From contig NIVC01000525.1 in the NCBI GenBank assembly GCA_002269645.1, positions 315,998 through 379,997 of the forward strand: DNA of 64,000 nucleotides, read 5' to 3'. The stretch's first letter is position 1. Every line of letters starts with the position of its first letter. Under the pieces are notes generated by a model. The model made no database searches. It saw only the letters and a list, made by a program, of their open reading frames with translations, and was not told the origin of the DNA. The position numbers were made by a program, and so were the translations under genes. Source of the DNA: Macrostomum lignano. Taxonomy: Eukaryota. This document shows, in pieces, positions 1-20,929 of this stretch.

Positions 1-398
1 TAATAAGTACGTTTTTGTAGTCTATGGCCGGACTCCAAGCCGGGAAAAATCATTTATATGCTCCTGTGTGTTTCGACTTTTTATTTTTTCATTAATTTTG
101 TTGCTCGATAAATATCTATTCAATCAGAACGAACACGCAGGCACTGTGTTTCCCTTTCTGTTAATTTTTGTTTTTAAACTTTCGTGTTCGTTTCGCTTTT
201 CTATGCTGCAAATTTGAGCCATTTTTTTTACTTGAAAACTATTTGCAAACCAATTCCTATTTCCAAGTGTAGTGCCGCTGCCTCTGCCTGTCTGTTTAAT
301 AAATTCTGCGTTCCAGAATGGTTGTTTATCTGTAAGGAAATTCCGAACTGCTTTAAAAGAAGCCAGGTTAACTTTGATGATGCAATTGAGAAATCCGT

Positions 399-1018
399 TG
401 ACTGACTGACTGACTGACTGACTGACTGACTGACTGACTGACTGACTGACTGACTGACTGACTGACTGACTGACTGACTGACTGACTGACTGACTGACTG
501 ACTGACTGACTGACTGACTGACTGACTGACTGACTGACTGACTGACTGACTGACTGACTGACTGACTGACTGACTGACTGACTGACTGACTGACTGACTG
601 ACTGACTGACTGACTGACTGACTGACTGACTGACTGACTGACTGACTGACTGACTGACTGACTGACTGACTGACTGACTGACTGACTGACTGACTGACTG
701 ACTGACTGACTGACTGACTGACTGACTGACTGACTGACTGACTGACTGACTGACTGACTGACTGACTGACTGACTGACTGACTGACTGACTGACTGACTG
801 ACTGACTGACTGACTGACTGACTGACTGACTGACTGACTGACTGACTGACTGACTGACTGACTGACTGACTGACTGACTGACTGACTGACTGACTGACTG
901 ACTGACTGACTGACTGACTGACTGACTGACTGACTGACTGACTGACTGACTGACTGACTGACTGACTGACTGACTGACTGACTGACTGACTGACTGACTG
1001 ACTGACTGACTGACTGAC
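399..1018. repeat. (ACTG)n tetranucleotide microsatellite, about 155 units
   Basis: Uninterrupted ACTG array. It explains the SQSV-repeat ORFs 124..1020 and 368..1030. Confidence 0.98.
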
Positions 1019-1904
1019 ATTTAACGTCAAAAGTTAGAAGAATGTAAATCTTTCAAATTGAACACCTCCCGTACAATTCAAGTAATTTCATATTCCATAG
1101 ATTTGCACGGACTGTTACAATGCAAGCAAGGCACATGTAGATTCAACACAGATCCTTGTCAACATAAGTGGGACATTCAACTGTGCAGATAAGCATTAAA
1201 CAGAAGAAACGTGAAGCAAAATATAAATCATTGTAGATGAGTGACCGTCAGCTTGTCAGCTGCCAAAAACAGCAATTTTGTCCATACCTTACTACTGTAG
1301 TAGTAGTCAGAAGACTGCCTTCATAGAAAATTTTACTGACCTACTGATTTTGCAAATTTAGTACATTTAGACTAGCCAGTTTGTGCCCCTTTTGGGGAAG
1401 ACACAGGATATCCCTTCTGTGAAATTTAAATCCCCTTTCTGCCATGTTCGCTCCCAATACCATTTTAAAATAGCAGTAAATTGACCAATTTCTACACAAT
1501 CTGAGCTATCCAGTTCAAAAATACTTTTTATGACCAAATTTGAAGCGCGACTTGAGTCCTCTCAACTACTGCAATTAGCGGTCCTGGCTACTAATTGCAC
1601 AACAGACAGACAGCTTGGGCAAAGACCGTAGAAGTAGACAGCGAGCTGTAAATCATAAGAAAATTAAAAATTAATTAATTAAAATGTCTGCGTGGGCAAG
1701 CAGCCGGCCTTTCTGTGCGCCCCTCGTTCTGTTGAAGAGTTTTGTCGATCACCGCCTCGGAAAGGTCGACCAGAATTCTGCAGTGTTGAAGATGGAAAAT
1801 GTTGCTGCAACTCTTTTTAGGACAATAGACAGCCACTTTCATGGTTGGGATCATTTTTCATAGATGGGATCTTCACTAGTAGTAGTTGATAGCATCTGAC
1901 TAGA

Positions 1905-2487
1905 GATAGGATCTGGAATTGGAGGATGGGATCTGGAATTTGAGGATGGGATGATGGGATTGGATAATGGGATCTGAGATTTGAGGATGGGATCTGGGAT
2001 CTGGGATTGCAGGACGGAATCTGAGATTGCAGGATGGAATCTGAGATTGGAGGATGGGATCTGGGATTGCAGGATGGGATCTGAGATTGGAGGATGGGAT
2101 CTGGGATTGCAGGATGGGATCTGAGATTGGAGGATGGGATCTGGGATTGCAGGATGGGATCTGAGATTGGAGGATGGGATCTGGGATTGCAGGATGGGAT
2201 CTGAGATTGGAGGATGGGATATTGGATTGAAGGATGAGATCTGGGATTGGAGGATGGGATATTGGATTGAAGGATGAGATCTGGGATTGGAGGATGGGAT
2301 ATTGGATTAGATAATGGGATCTGAAATTGCAGGATGGGATCTGGGATTGGAGAATGAGATGTGGGATTGCGGGATGGGATTTGAGATTAGAGAATGGGAT
2401 CTGGGATTGAAGGATGATATCTGGGATTGGAGGATGGGATATGGAATTGGATAATGGGATCTGAAATTGCAGGATGGGATCTGGAAT
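1905..2487. repeat. About 20-bp G-rich minisatellite (GGATGGGATCTGGGATTGCA-like)
   Basis: Direct tandem copies with variants; GGG tracts recur on the + strand. Confidence 0.93.
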
Positions 2488-2943
2488 CTAAAATAAATTT
2501 AATATCACTTGATGAAATCTTTACATAACAACATTTTAAAAGTCGATGTTGTCTGCAACTGCTTGTGCTATAGTCCTATAAAAATATAGGGATATTTGGT
2601 GCAAGTTAGAAATCAAAAGTGCATTGCTTTCGGCTAGCAGCAGCCTAGACTAGGGGCGTTCGTAAATGCAAAAGAGATTAGGAGAGTGGCACAGCCACTG
2701 CGAACCCATTAGTATTGAACTAAACAAGGTTAATTGCCTGTCTGCCAGCCACACTCACAAGCAGCTCATTGTGTTGTGTGGCAGCCTTCGAGCCTTCAAC
2801 GGGTTGTAGAAGAACCGAAAGCTCCTGCACCGCGACTGGTTAGTCAGCTATGATTGCTGTTGTTTTTAGAAGAAAACAAACAAAAATGCTTGATTAGGAT
2901 AAATTAGAGGGTTAGAGGTCCAGTTGTGCCAGCGGACTCAATG

Positions 2944-11138
<8,195 letters not shown>

Positions 11139-11276
11139 CTATGGGATCAAAGCTGCAAAGCAATCAATAATATTTCAATTTTTCGAATTTAGATCACTCT
11201 TGGAGCACTGAGATTCTGTCCGTTTTACGTGTGATTAATTTTGCTTCATCATCCAACCGCTGGTTCTACCCGGCTG

Positions 11277-11290
11277 GTTGTCATGGTTAC
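11277..11290 (-). promoter_or_regulatory. RFX X-box upstream of CDKL
   Basis: GTAACCATGACAAC matches GTHNYY-AT-RRNAAC perfectly, about 180 bp upstream of the ATG. A second, one-mismatch site GTTGCTATGGGATC lies at 11135..11148. Confidence 0.7.
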
Positions 11291-12065
11291 CAAAATCCGC
11301 GAAACCGATAGGAGCTCAGGGGGGGAAGAGAGGAGGGAGTGAGGGGGGATGGAGAGGAGAGCAACCTGGCTGAGCTCAAACCCAGCCTCCCCAAATCCCC
11401 CTAGCTGGCTAGGGGGATGCTGGAATTTCAGCTCAAAGATAATTTTTTCCAGATTGAAAGTTCACCGTCTTGCATTGTTAACACGGGGCTGGGGCTATTG
11501 AGAAAATCTCAGTCTATTTACGGTTGAACCGCCTGCCTTTAATTATGCATCTAATAGAGAGCCTGCAGGGACCATCTGGAGGCTTCAGCATTCTCGCGGG
11601 TCGGTGGTCTGCCGTGCCATTGTTGTTGAATGGGCCTTTTACGGAGCTGCCATACATATGCCAGCTATGGACCATAAAAACTTAATATAATGCAGACTGT
11701 AAGGATGCCGGGATTGAATAGAGTATGCATGCAGACACCTTCCGTTGTGTCATTAATCCTTTAGCGTAAGGGGAGAAAAGTAGATCGGTTTTAAAATGAC
11801 AAAGGATTGGCTCAAAGCACTTGAGGGAATCTGAAGGGTGTTGACCAATGCAGGAAAATGGCTGGAGTCTCGTGTCTCGTGTTCTCACTCTGAAGATGGA
11901 GGTGTCAACTCTGTACCCTGGCAGCAGTGTAGTGAGTTGCAGTATTATACGAGGGTATAGTTGCATTTTTGAGTCGGAGCGGCTTGTGACAAAGGAGGCA
12001 CCCTGGTGAGCTTTTAATGCGATTTTAGCGTATACCCTGACATCTGATGCCTAGGATTTAGAATG

Positions 12066-12441
12066 CCCTGACACCTGAGTTGGCACCCCTGACACCTGAG
12101 TTGGCACCCCTGACACCTGAGTTGGCACCCCTGACACCTGAGTTGGCACCCCTGACACCTGAGTTGGCACCCCTGACACCTGAGTTGGCACCCCTGACAC
12201 CTGAGTTGGCACCCCTGACACCTGAGTTGGCACCCCTGACACCTGAGTTGGCACCCCTGACACCTGAGTTGGCACCCCTGACACATGAGTTGGCACCCCT
12301 GACACCTGAGTTGGTGTGTCCTGACACCTGAGTTGGTGTGTCCTGACACCTGAGTTTGGTGTGTCCTGACACCTGAGTTTGGTGTGTCCTGACACCTGAG
12401 TTTGGTGTGTCCTGACACCTGAGTTTGGTGTGTCCTGACAC
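12066..12441. repeat. 21/23-bp minisatellite (CCTGACACCTGAGTTGGCACC changing to CCTGACACCTGAGTTTGGTGTGT)
   Basis: Tandem array whose unit changes part-way along. Confidence 0.96.
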
Positions 12442-14764
12442 CCAAATAAGTAGACACTTAAGTCCTGCATTGGATAGAGAACCCCAAGCTCCCCAAAGTT
12501 AAAAAAAATGATAACAGCAAGCCATAGCTATTGAGGTTCGTAGAGTAATAGTTTTGAGTACTCACTTCTAAACTGGACGTCTTGTCCGGCAATTTGGTCT
12601 CGTCCAACAACTTTCTTCGATTAGAAATAGAAATTTGCTTTTCAAGCGACAATAAGGTAATATTGAGTCAAAGAAGCAGTTTTATGGCGGCAGCTTGTGG
12701 CATAAGCTCCACCTGTCCAAACCATTCAAGCCCTGGCTCACCCTAGGCAACAGGCCGGGCTTGAATTTGCAGTGTGCAAACTGAGCTGTAGAGAACTGTG
12801 CAGATGCTGCTGTACACTGAACCATCAAAGTGAGTGCCAAGCCCCACAGCGGCTGCTCCTTCTGCTGTTGGAGAGAAATCTAACTAACTAGATGGTGAGA
12901 AAGGAAGAGACTCCTCCTAAGCCCGGTCATTTCATCAGTTCCATTGTTCGCAATGTTTGCTAGAAAATTTTAGCTTGCATGACCAGCTTTTATACATCTG
13001 AGCTACTTGTACAGCACTCGAAGCAGCTCATGCTTCAGCGCAGTTTTAATTTCTATTAGACTTCAAATCTAACAAAGCGCTGCGCAAGTTCTTCCCCAGC
13101 ATGGCCCATTCGGATATTTCGATGCGGTGTGACACTTTAGCAATGCGTGCGGCAGTTTTTTATTGCTACTGCCGTAGTCTTGCTAATATAAGCCGCGGTT
13201 ACAGGTAGAATGCATGCAATACAGAAGGTCCATTCATTTTATCAAGTAATTAATTCAAAACATTTGCAAAGCGGCACCCACCCCCGTTGCTGCTGCTACG
13301 ATATTTATCGAACCTTAATTATAGCTCTACGGTAATCGCTAATTACAGTAGTCAAAATTGATAATCGTTTATTCTACCAAGTGATCATCAATTAGCTATA
13401 CTCTGCTACCTTTCATTTTTAACTTTTTACAAGCTAACAAAGCATAGAATGCTTTTAACGCTTGTTCAACTATTTAATTTTCAATACTAGTGCCGCTGGG
13501 ATGTGTTGATTCGGGATCATGTACCAGTATCATAAACCAGGATCATGTGTCGGGATCATGTACTAGGAATATGCATGTACCAGTTTACAGTATGTGTCAT
13601 AAATCTGTTGTTTAAAGCGACAAAAATTATATGTATAGTACAGGTGTAATTATGCAGTGTAATCGGCAGATTAAATTAAAGAGGAGACAGTAATCATCTT
13701 TACATGAGAACTTAATTGTGTAAGTACTATTACTTTACATGCAGCAATAAAACATGTACATGTAGTGTTAGGTACTGAAAGTCGTCCTTCGTGGTACATG
13801 TACATGTAAATATAATCTACATGTACGGTCATATGTACTTGCGAAGTAAAATACGCTACATCGCATGTAACTTCGCATTTGTCCTTTTGATTTCGAGCTT
13901 CTGGGCTTACAAAAAGATTGAATTTCTCGTTTCCACTAACATACATGCTAAACGAGATTGTTGATGAATGCAAACAAAGCCACGCAACGGTTAAAAGGGA
14001 TTAAGCAAAGGACCATGCTTTTTACAGTCACGAATGTATAATCATAGGTGTACAATACATAAATGAAATTTTTGTCTAAGAATCAAAAAAATTAAAATTT
14101 ACTAATTAACCTAAGTAATTTTTAAAATATTTAGTTTTAATCGGTTAGTTATTTTATCGTGAGTTGAGGCACTAATTTAATACGTCACTTTTCATCATAT
14201 TAATGGATCATGCAGCAGGGCAGGATTGAATCGAATAGCCTTAGTTAAGTGTTAATGCAAATTTAGCTCTAAAGGAGTAAATTTTTTTATAAAGTCCTTA
14301 AGAAAGCAATATTCTGAAATAAAGTAATAGTATCACAGAACCAATATCCTTTTTTGACGAAGTATTGAGAAAATTATGCTCGACATTATATGTGTCTTGG
14401 TTTAGACTAGTGAAGGTCTTAATTGTAACTAATATATCAAATGGGCTAATTTAAGGCAAGTGTTGAATGAATTAGTCTAAAATTGTCATTCTGCCACTTT
14501 TAAAGTGACTGTGCCACAAATAAGTGTTGCGTGTTGGGTGAAAAATAATATTAGCAGAGTTCTGCTATTTTTGTAGGTATTTTTAGTTTTTAATACTATT
14601 TTTATAACAACTCTCGAAACAAAATAATGCTCTATCTTGTTTAGAAAATAAATACTTGCTTCTTAAAAGTGAAAACACCCATGAATTATATTTCCTAAAT
14701 TAATCCAAGGACAAATTGAATATTATTATTAAAAACAACAAAAATCACATTGTGATTTGGAGGG

Positions 14765-15123
14765 GCTATTATTTTTTTATTAGAGGCAGGGGGGTTGTGT
14801 GCACCCTGGCGCAATTTAAGCGACATTGTCACACAACCGGCGAGAGGCATTACTGCCCATTCCGCCGACTCCCCTGAGCAGGCATACAAGCGCGCGGATA
14901 CGTTACGCAGGCACACACTCACACAGGAGTGTACAGCGGCCCTAACTTTATCAATTGTTAGGCATGTACACTTCACTGCGCCTTGGGGGGGTTGGCTCTC
15001 AAGGCCGTTAAGCGAACCAAGCCAAGATTCCAATCCAGCCCCAAATTAATGTGGCTGCACTTGGAATCGAGCCTGGGTTGCGGCACACCAGAGCAGCTGC
15101 GCTACCGCTGGGCTACGGCCCCC
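14765..15123 (-). mobile_element. tRNA-derived SINE (family 2)
   Basis: The minus strand begins GGGGCCGTAGCCCAGCGGTAGCG (A box) ... GGCTCGATTCC (B box), followed by a GC-rich body and an AT-rich tail. The left boundary is approximate. Confidence 0.7.
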
Positions 15124-15187
15124 GGAGGGGCTAACAAAGATTTAATCAATTATGGGAGCTCAGATTAAAAAAGATGATAAAGCAAGC

Positions 15188-18100
15188 ATGATCGATAAAG
15201 TATTTGAACTCAGAGGAAAAGCAACTATTTTTCTATGTGGAGGTAAGTTTTATTATAAATTGTACATGATAAATCTAGTCTTAAAATATATAAGTTTAAT
15301 GAAGGCTTAAAGTTTATAATTTATATGAAAATCCAAAAAATTGGGCCATTCCTTTTTTCCTACAAATTTGCCAGGTCCATTTTCTAATATTAGATTATAT
15401 AGTGCTTGGTATAGCTTGCCTTTGCCCTAAAAAAATTCAAGATCTGTGCTTGATTTTTGCACCAGCTGGGCCTACTTGTTATTTTGGAGATGGTTGCTAT
15501 TCAAGGACTTGCCATTTAGGCATGTTTGCTATTGGAGGATGTTTGCTATCTATGGGAGGGGGTATTTGCTATCTAGAGAATGCTTGCTATTGGGAGGGGA
15601 AAGGGTTTTGCTATCTAAGGGAGGGGGTTCTTGCTATCTGTTGCTATCTAGGGGATGTTTGCTATGTGGGGATGCTTGCTGTCTAGAAGATGCTTTCTAT
15701 TTAGGGGGATGCTATCTTTGAGAGATGCTATCTTTGCAAAGGTTTTATTTTGTTGTGTCCTTTTATTACTCTAGAAAAAAAGAGATTTATAGCTAGCATA
15801 AGACTGCTAAAATATACTTTGAACTACTTAGGTATGGCTGGCTGCCTAGCCAAGACAACAGTTGCACCACTGGACCGAGTCAAAATCCTTCTCCAGACGC
15901 ACAATCATGCTCACGAATCTCATGGTAAGACCTGTCTTTGAAAATGTTTTATTGACTAAAGATTAATACTGTATAGAGAAATCAAAGTTTGCTTTGGTAG
16001 CAAACTTAATTGGCAATGACCTGCTCTCATAGTGCATTTGTATTCTCACTATTCTCAGGCATTTTCGGCACTCTTCGCCACATCTGGTCAGTTGAGGGCA
16101 TCGCTGGTTTCTATCGAAGCAATGGAGCTCAAATGATACGTATATTCCCCTACTCGGCTATACAATTTCTATCATTCGATGTGTACAATAATGTAAGCTT
16201 CTGGGGGACTGCTTGTGTTTCTTAGATTCATCTTCAGGCCTTGACGCTCTACTGTTGACCAATTTCAGAGTTTGTCAGCCTCGCTAGGCGAAGGCAATCT
16301 GACGCGACTGATAAGCGGGTCAATGGCTGGTGAGCGTTTAAGAAATCAACTTCAAACTGTTTGTGTGCATAGATGGGTTAATACAGGTAGTTGAATGATT
16401 GCGACAGAGCAGGTACAGACTGAAAATTCACGGGCACTAAAGTACGTCGCACTTAGCCAGACAGTAAGACGGTGAGATAATGGATAAGACACTGCGAGAG
16501 ACAAATAACGTAAAGACACTCTGTCACTGAAGACACTCTGTCACTGAAGACACTCTGTCACTGAAGACACTCTGTCACTGAAGACACTCTGTCACTGAAG
16601 ACACTCTGTCACTGAAGACACTCTGTCACTGAAGACACTCTGTCACTGAAGACACTCTGTCACTGAAGACACTCTGTCACTGAAGACACTCTGTCACTGA
16701 AGACACTCTGTCACTAAAGACACTTCAGACACTAAAGATAATTCAGACACTAAAGACACTCACAAACTAAAGATAAAGACAATAAAGACAGTCAGTCACC
16801 AAAAATACTCAGTCACTAATGACACCCAGGACACTAAGACATGCAGACAGACACCCAGGACACTAAGACATGCAGACAGACACCCAGGACACTAAGACAT
16901 GCAGACAGACACCAAGGGCACTAAGACATGCAGACAGACACCAAGGGCACTAAGACATGCAGACAGACACCCAGGACACTAAGGCATGCAGACAGACACC
17001 AGGGCACTAAGACATGCAGACAGACACCAAGGGCACTAAGACATGCAGACAGACACCAAGGGCACTAAGACATGAAGACAGACACCAAGGGCACTAAGAC
17101 ATGCAGACAGACACCCAGGACACTAAGACATGCAGACAGACACCAAGGGCACTAAGACATGCAGACAGGCACCAATGACACTAAGACACACAGACAGACA
17201 CCAAGGGCACTAAGACATGCAGACAGGCACCAAGGACACTAAGACACACAGACAGACACCAAGGGCACTAAGACATGCAGACAGACACCAAGGACACTAA
17301 GACATGCAGACAGACACCCAGGACACTAAGACACACAGACAGACACCAAGGGCACTAAGACATGCAGACAGACACCAAGGACACTAAGACATGCAGACAG
17401 ACACCAAGGACACTAAGACACACAGACAGACACCAAGGGCACTAAGACATGCAGACAGACACCCAGGACACTAAGACACACAGACAGACACCCAGGACAC
17501 TAAGACACACAGACAGACACCCAGGACACTAAGACATGCAGACAGACACCCAGGACACTAAGACACACAGACAGACACCCAGGACACTAAGACATGCAGA
17601 CAGACACCCAGGACACTAAGACATGCAGACAGACACCCAGGACACTAAGACATGCAGACAGACACCCAGGACACTAAGACATGCAGACAGACGCCCAGGA
17701 CACTAAGACATGCAGACAGACACCAAGACCCACAGCTCCTAATACACCGCAGGCATGACGGCAGTGTCGCTCACTTATCCACTGGACGTTGTTCGAACTC
17801 GACTGGCTTATCAGTCGGCCGGCTGCGCCGAGCATCCGCATAGCAACTATTCGGGCATCGCCGACTGTCTGCGCCACCTGCGCACCCAGCGCGCCCTGTT
17901 CGCCGGCCTGGCGCCCAGTCTGCTTGGCATGGCGCCTTACGCCGGCGTGAGCTTCTGCGCCTTCCACTGGCTTCAGAGGCAGGCCGTGGAGCGCTGGCCG
18001 GGTCTGTTCGCCGTGAGGGACGACGACGAGTCGCCTGCTCGACTGTGCACCTGGGCTCGACCCCTGATTGGTGGCCTGGCCGGAGCTGCCGCCCAGACAG

Positions 18101-18648
18101 TCAGCTACCCACTGGACTGCGCCCGGCGATACATGCAGGTCTGGCACTGACTGTGTGTGCGCGGGCACTTGCACTGTGTGTGCGCGGGCACTCGCACTGA
18201 CTGTGTGTGCGCGGGCACTGGCACTGACTTTGTGTGCGCGGGCACTGGCACTGACTGTGTGTGTGCGGGCACTGGCACTGACTGGTGTGTGTGTGTGCGG
18301 GCACTGGCACTGACTGCGTGTGTGCGGGCACTGGCACTGACTGTGTGTGCGCGGGCACTGGCACTGACTGTGTGTGTGCTGTCACTGTCACTCCATAACA
18401 AGGGCACTGTCACTCCATAACAAGGACACTGTCACTCTCAATTGCAGGTGGCGGGCGCTCCTGGCCGTTTCAGCTTGGCTGAAGTCCCGGCAGCGGGAGC
18501 CGCGGCCACGCTGTCGCAGCTGTACAGCCGCTACGGTGTGGCAGCCGGGCTGTACCGCGGCCTGTCGCTGAACTACGTGAGGGTGGTGCCGACCGCTGGC
18601 GTGTCATTTGCAGCCTACGAGACTTTGCGACAGGCGTTCGGGGTCTGA
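15188..18648 (+). CDS. SLC25A16: Mitochondrial carrier, Graves disease carrier / CoA transporter-like, 6 exons, 309 aa
   Basis: Exons: 15188-15242, 15832-15924, 16059-16192, 16269-16329, 17753-18138, 18448-18648 (930 nt, phases consistent). Three carrier signatures: PLDRVK, PLDVVR, PLDCAR. Also AGCLAKTTVAP, NGAQMIRIFPYSAIQF and GLYRGLSLNYVRVVP. The exon 1 start is less certain. Confidence 0.88.
16517..16715. repeat. 17-bp minisatellite (GAAGACACTCTGTCACT) in SLC25A16 intron 4
   Basis: About 12 near-perfect units. Confidence 0.96.
16825..17725. repeat. 29/30-bp minisatellite (GACACTAAGACATGCAGACAGACACCCAG) in SLC25A16 intron 4
   Basis: About 30 units ending about 27 nt before the acceptor. 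Confidence 0.96.
18143..18380. repeat. About 27-bp minisatellite (GCACTGACTGTGTGTGCGCGGGCACTG) in SLC25A16 intron 5
   Basis: Begins within about 5 nt of the donor. Confidence 0.93.
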
Positions 18649-18699
18649 GCTGGACTGGGAAACTCGTAGCATGGAGATGCCCTGTGCCCGCTGCCCTGG

Positions 18700-19560
18700 C
18701 CTTCAACCCTATGGGCCTCCCTTCGACCCTATCGGACTCCCTTCAATCCTATGGGCCTCCCTTCACCCTTCAACCTTTTCGCCCTCCCTTCAATCCTATG
18801 GGCCTCCCTTCAACCCTATGGGCCTCCCTTCAACCCTATGGGCCTACCTTTAACCCTTTCGGCCTCCCTTCAACCCTATCTGACTCCCTTCAACCCTATG
18901 GGCCTCCCTTCAACCCTATCGGCCTCCCTTAAACCCTATCGGCCTCCCTTCAACCCTATCGGCCTCCCTTCAACCCTTTGGGCCTCCCTTCAACCCTTTC
19001 GGCCTCCCTTCAACCCTAGACTCCCTTCAACCCTATCGGCCTCCCTTAAACCCTAGACTCCCTTCAACCCTATCGGCCTCCCTTAAACCCTATCGGACTC
19101 CCTTCAACCCTATGGGCCTCCCTTCAACCCTATGGGCCTCCCTTCAACCCTTTGGGCCTCCCTTCAACCCTTTCGGCCTCCCTTCAACCCTTTCGGCCTC
19201 CCTTCAACCCTATCGGTCTCCCTTAAACCCTATCGGACTCCCTTCAACCCTATCGGCCTCCCTTCAACCCTATCGGACTCCCTTAAACCCTATCGGCCTC
19301 CCTTCAACCCTATCGGACTCCCTTAAACCCTATCGGCCTCCCTTCAACCCTATCGGACTCCCTTAAACCCTATCGGCCTCCCTTCAACCCTATCGGCCCA
19401 CCTTCTACGCTATCTGACTCCCTTCAACCCTATGGGCCTCCCTTAAACCCTATGGGCCTACCTTTAACCCTTTCGGCCTCCCTTCAACCCTATCTGACTC
19501 CCTTCAACCCTTTGGGCCTCCCTTAAACCCTATCAACCTCTCTTCAACCCTACCGGACTC
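18700..19560. repeat. 20-bp minisatellite (CCCTTCAACCCTATGGGCCT) just 3' of the SLC25A16 stop codon
   Basis: About 42 variant units. Confidence 0.96.
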
Positions 19561-20659
19561 CCTTCTTGTATTTTTTGTAGGAAATAGGCCTCAAAAAATG
19601 CAAGATCTTTGAGTTTTTATTTATGTTATACTACAGTGGTCCTTGTCTTCATATCGGCCTCTAGATTGATATGCTTAACACTGGCTACTGTGAGTAGAGT
19701 TGCAAATTTCAGGAAAATTGTTTCCGCTAGCAAGTAATTCAGCTTTGCTGTGCTCCGAGTCTGAAAAAGAATTTTATATTCAATATTGGCACGCTCTCAG
19801 TTCTCGGGGTTAATCTGCACAAAAGTTTGACCCATTCATTGGACAAACTGTGTTTGTGTTGTTGCTTTCCGAAAGATTATTGTTTTTAACTGTTCGATTT
19901 CTGCTTTCAATTGTTGCTAAGAGCAATGGTGACTTTTTTATTTTCTCTTTAATTTTTCGATTTCGAAGGAATGTTTCTCTGGCCTGTAGAGGTAAGAGTT
20001 GAGCAAAGTATTTTTTGTTGTGCTTTTTAGTATTGATATTATTTTGCAGATTAGTTGCAATACAAATTTAGATGTTGTAAAATATCGAACTAATTTTTAC
20101 CTACACGAAGAAAAATGTCTGCTAGATGAGCATTGGTAGCCACACTGCTTTTGCCATGCCAAGTTAGAGAAGCGGACCTTCAAATCTGCAAGCCTGCAAA
20201 TCAGAGACAGGTTGGGCCAGAGACAACACGCTACGACTTCTGTAGCTGATTGGAAGGCTCTCTTGAATTATGCTGGCTCTCTGTCTCCGACAAAACTCTG
20301 AGGCCATAAGTATAAGATAATTTGCCGAGGCCTAGAAGCGCAGTCCTCAGCCGTCCCTAGGCCAACGAAACGAAATCAAGTGGGGATTAAAATATTTAAC
20401 TGCCGCAGCCAGCGGGAGGAAATGAGACTAAGCCTCGGCCATAGACTATTGGCTGTGTAAGATATTCTGTGTCATAGAATATAGAAGGCTCAGATAGAAG
20501 GCCATAGAAGGCCATACAATATTCTGTGTAAGATCAGAAAGCTTCAGTTGTGTGTAGCTTGGTACCGAATATGGGTGACATCTCTGCTGCTGTCGTTGTT
20601 GTTGTTGTTGTTGTTGTTGCTACTCACGCTACCAACGGTGAGGGCTGCTCTAGTGGTAG

Positions 20660-20929
20660 ATGACTGTCGTTGTTGAAGCCCCAGATATGGAGATTTCGCC
20701 GGACCTACTGGATTTCATCCTGAAGCCCGGGGATAACGCTGGACCTATTGAAGCCGCTCTCACTGGCCGGTTCGAGCAACTTTCGGAGAATGAAATTGCC
20801 AGACACATTGAAGAGACCGTGCCGAAGACCACCAAGAAAAAGGCGCAGTGGGCCTTTTCCGTCTTCCGCGAGTGGCATAACGAGAAGAAGCGAACAAAGA
20901 TGGTGAGCGCTACTCTGCGTCGACGCTGA
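20660..20929 (+). mobile_element. Crypton-like (DUF3504/KIAA1958-type) N-terminal fragment
   Basis: RFEQLSENEIARHIEETVPKTTKKKAQWAFSVFREW resembles the RF...E...P.NT...T.WA...F..W N-terminal segment of animal Crypton-derived proteins (recognised from memory). A possible GTGAGC donor follows KRTKM. No recombinase catalytic domain is seen. Confidence 0.55.
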
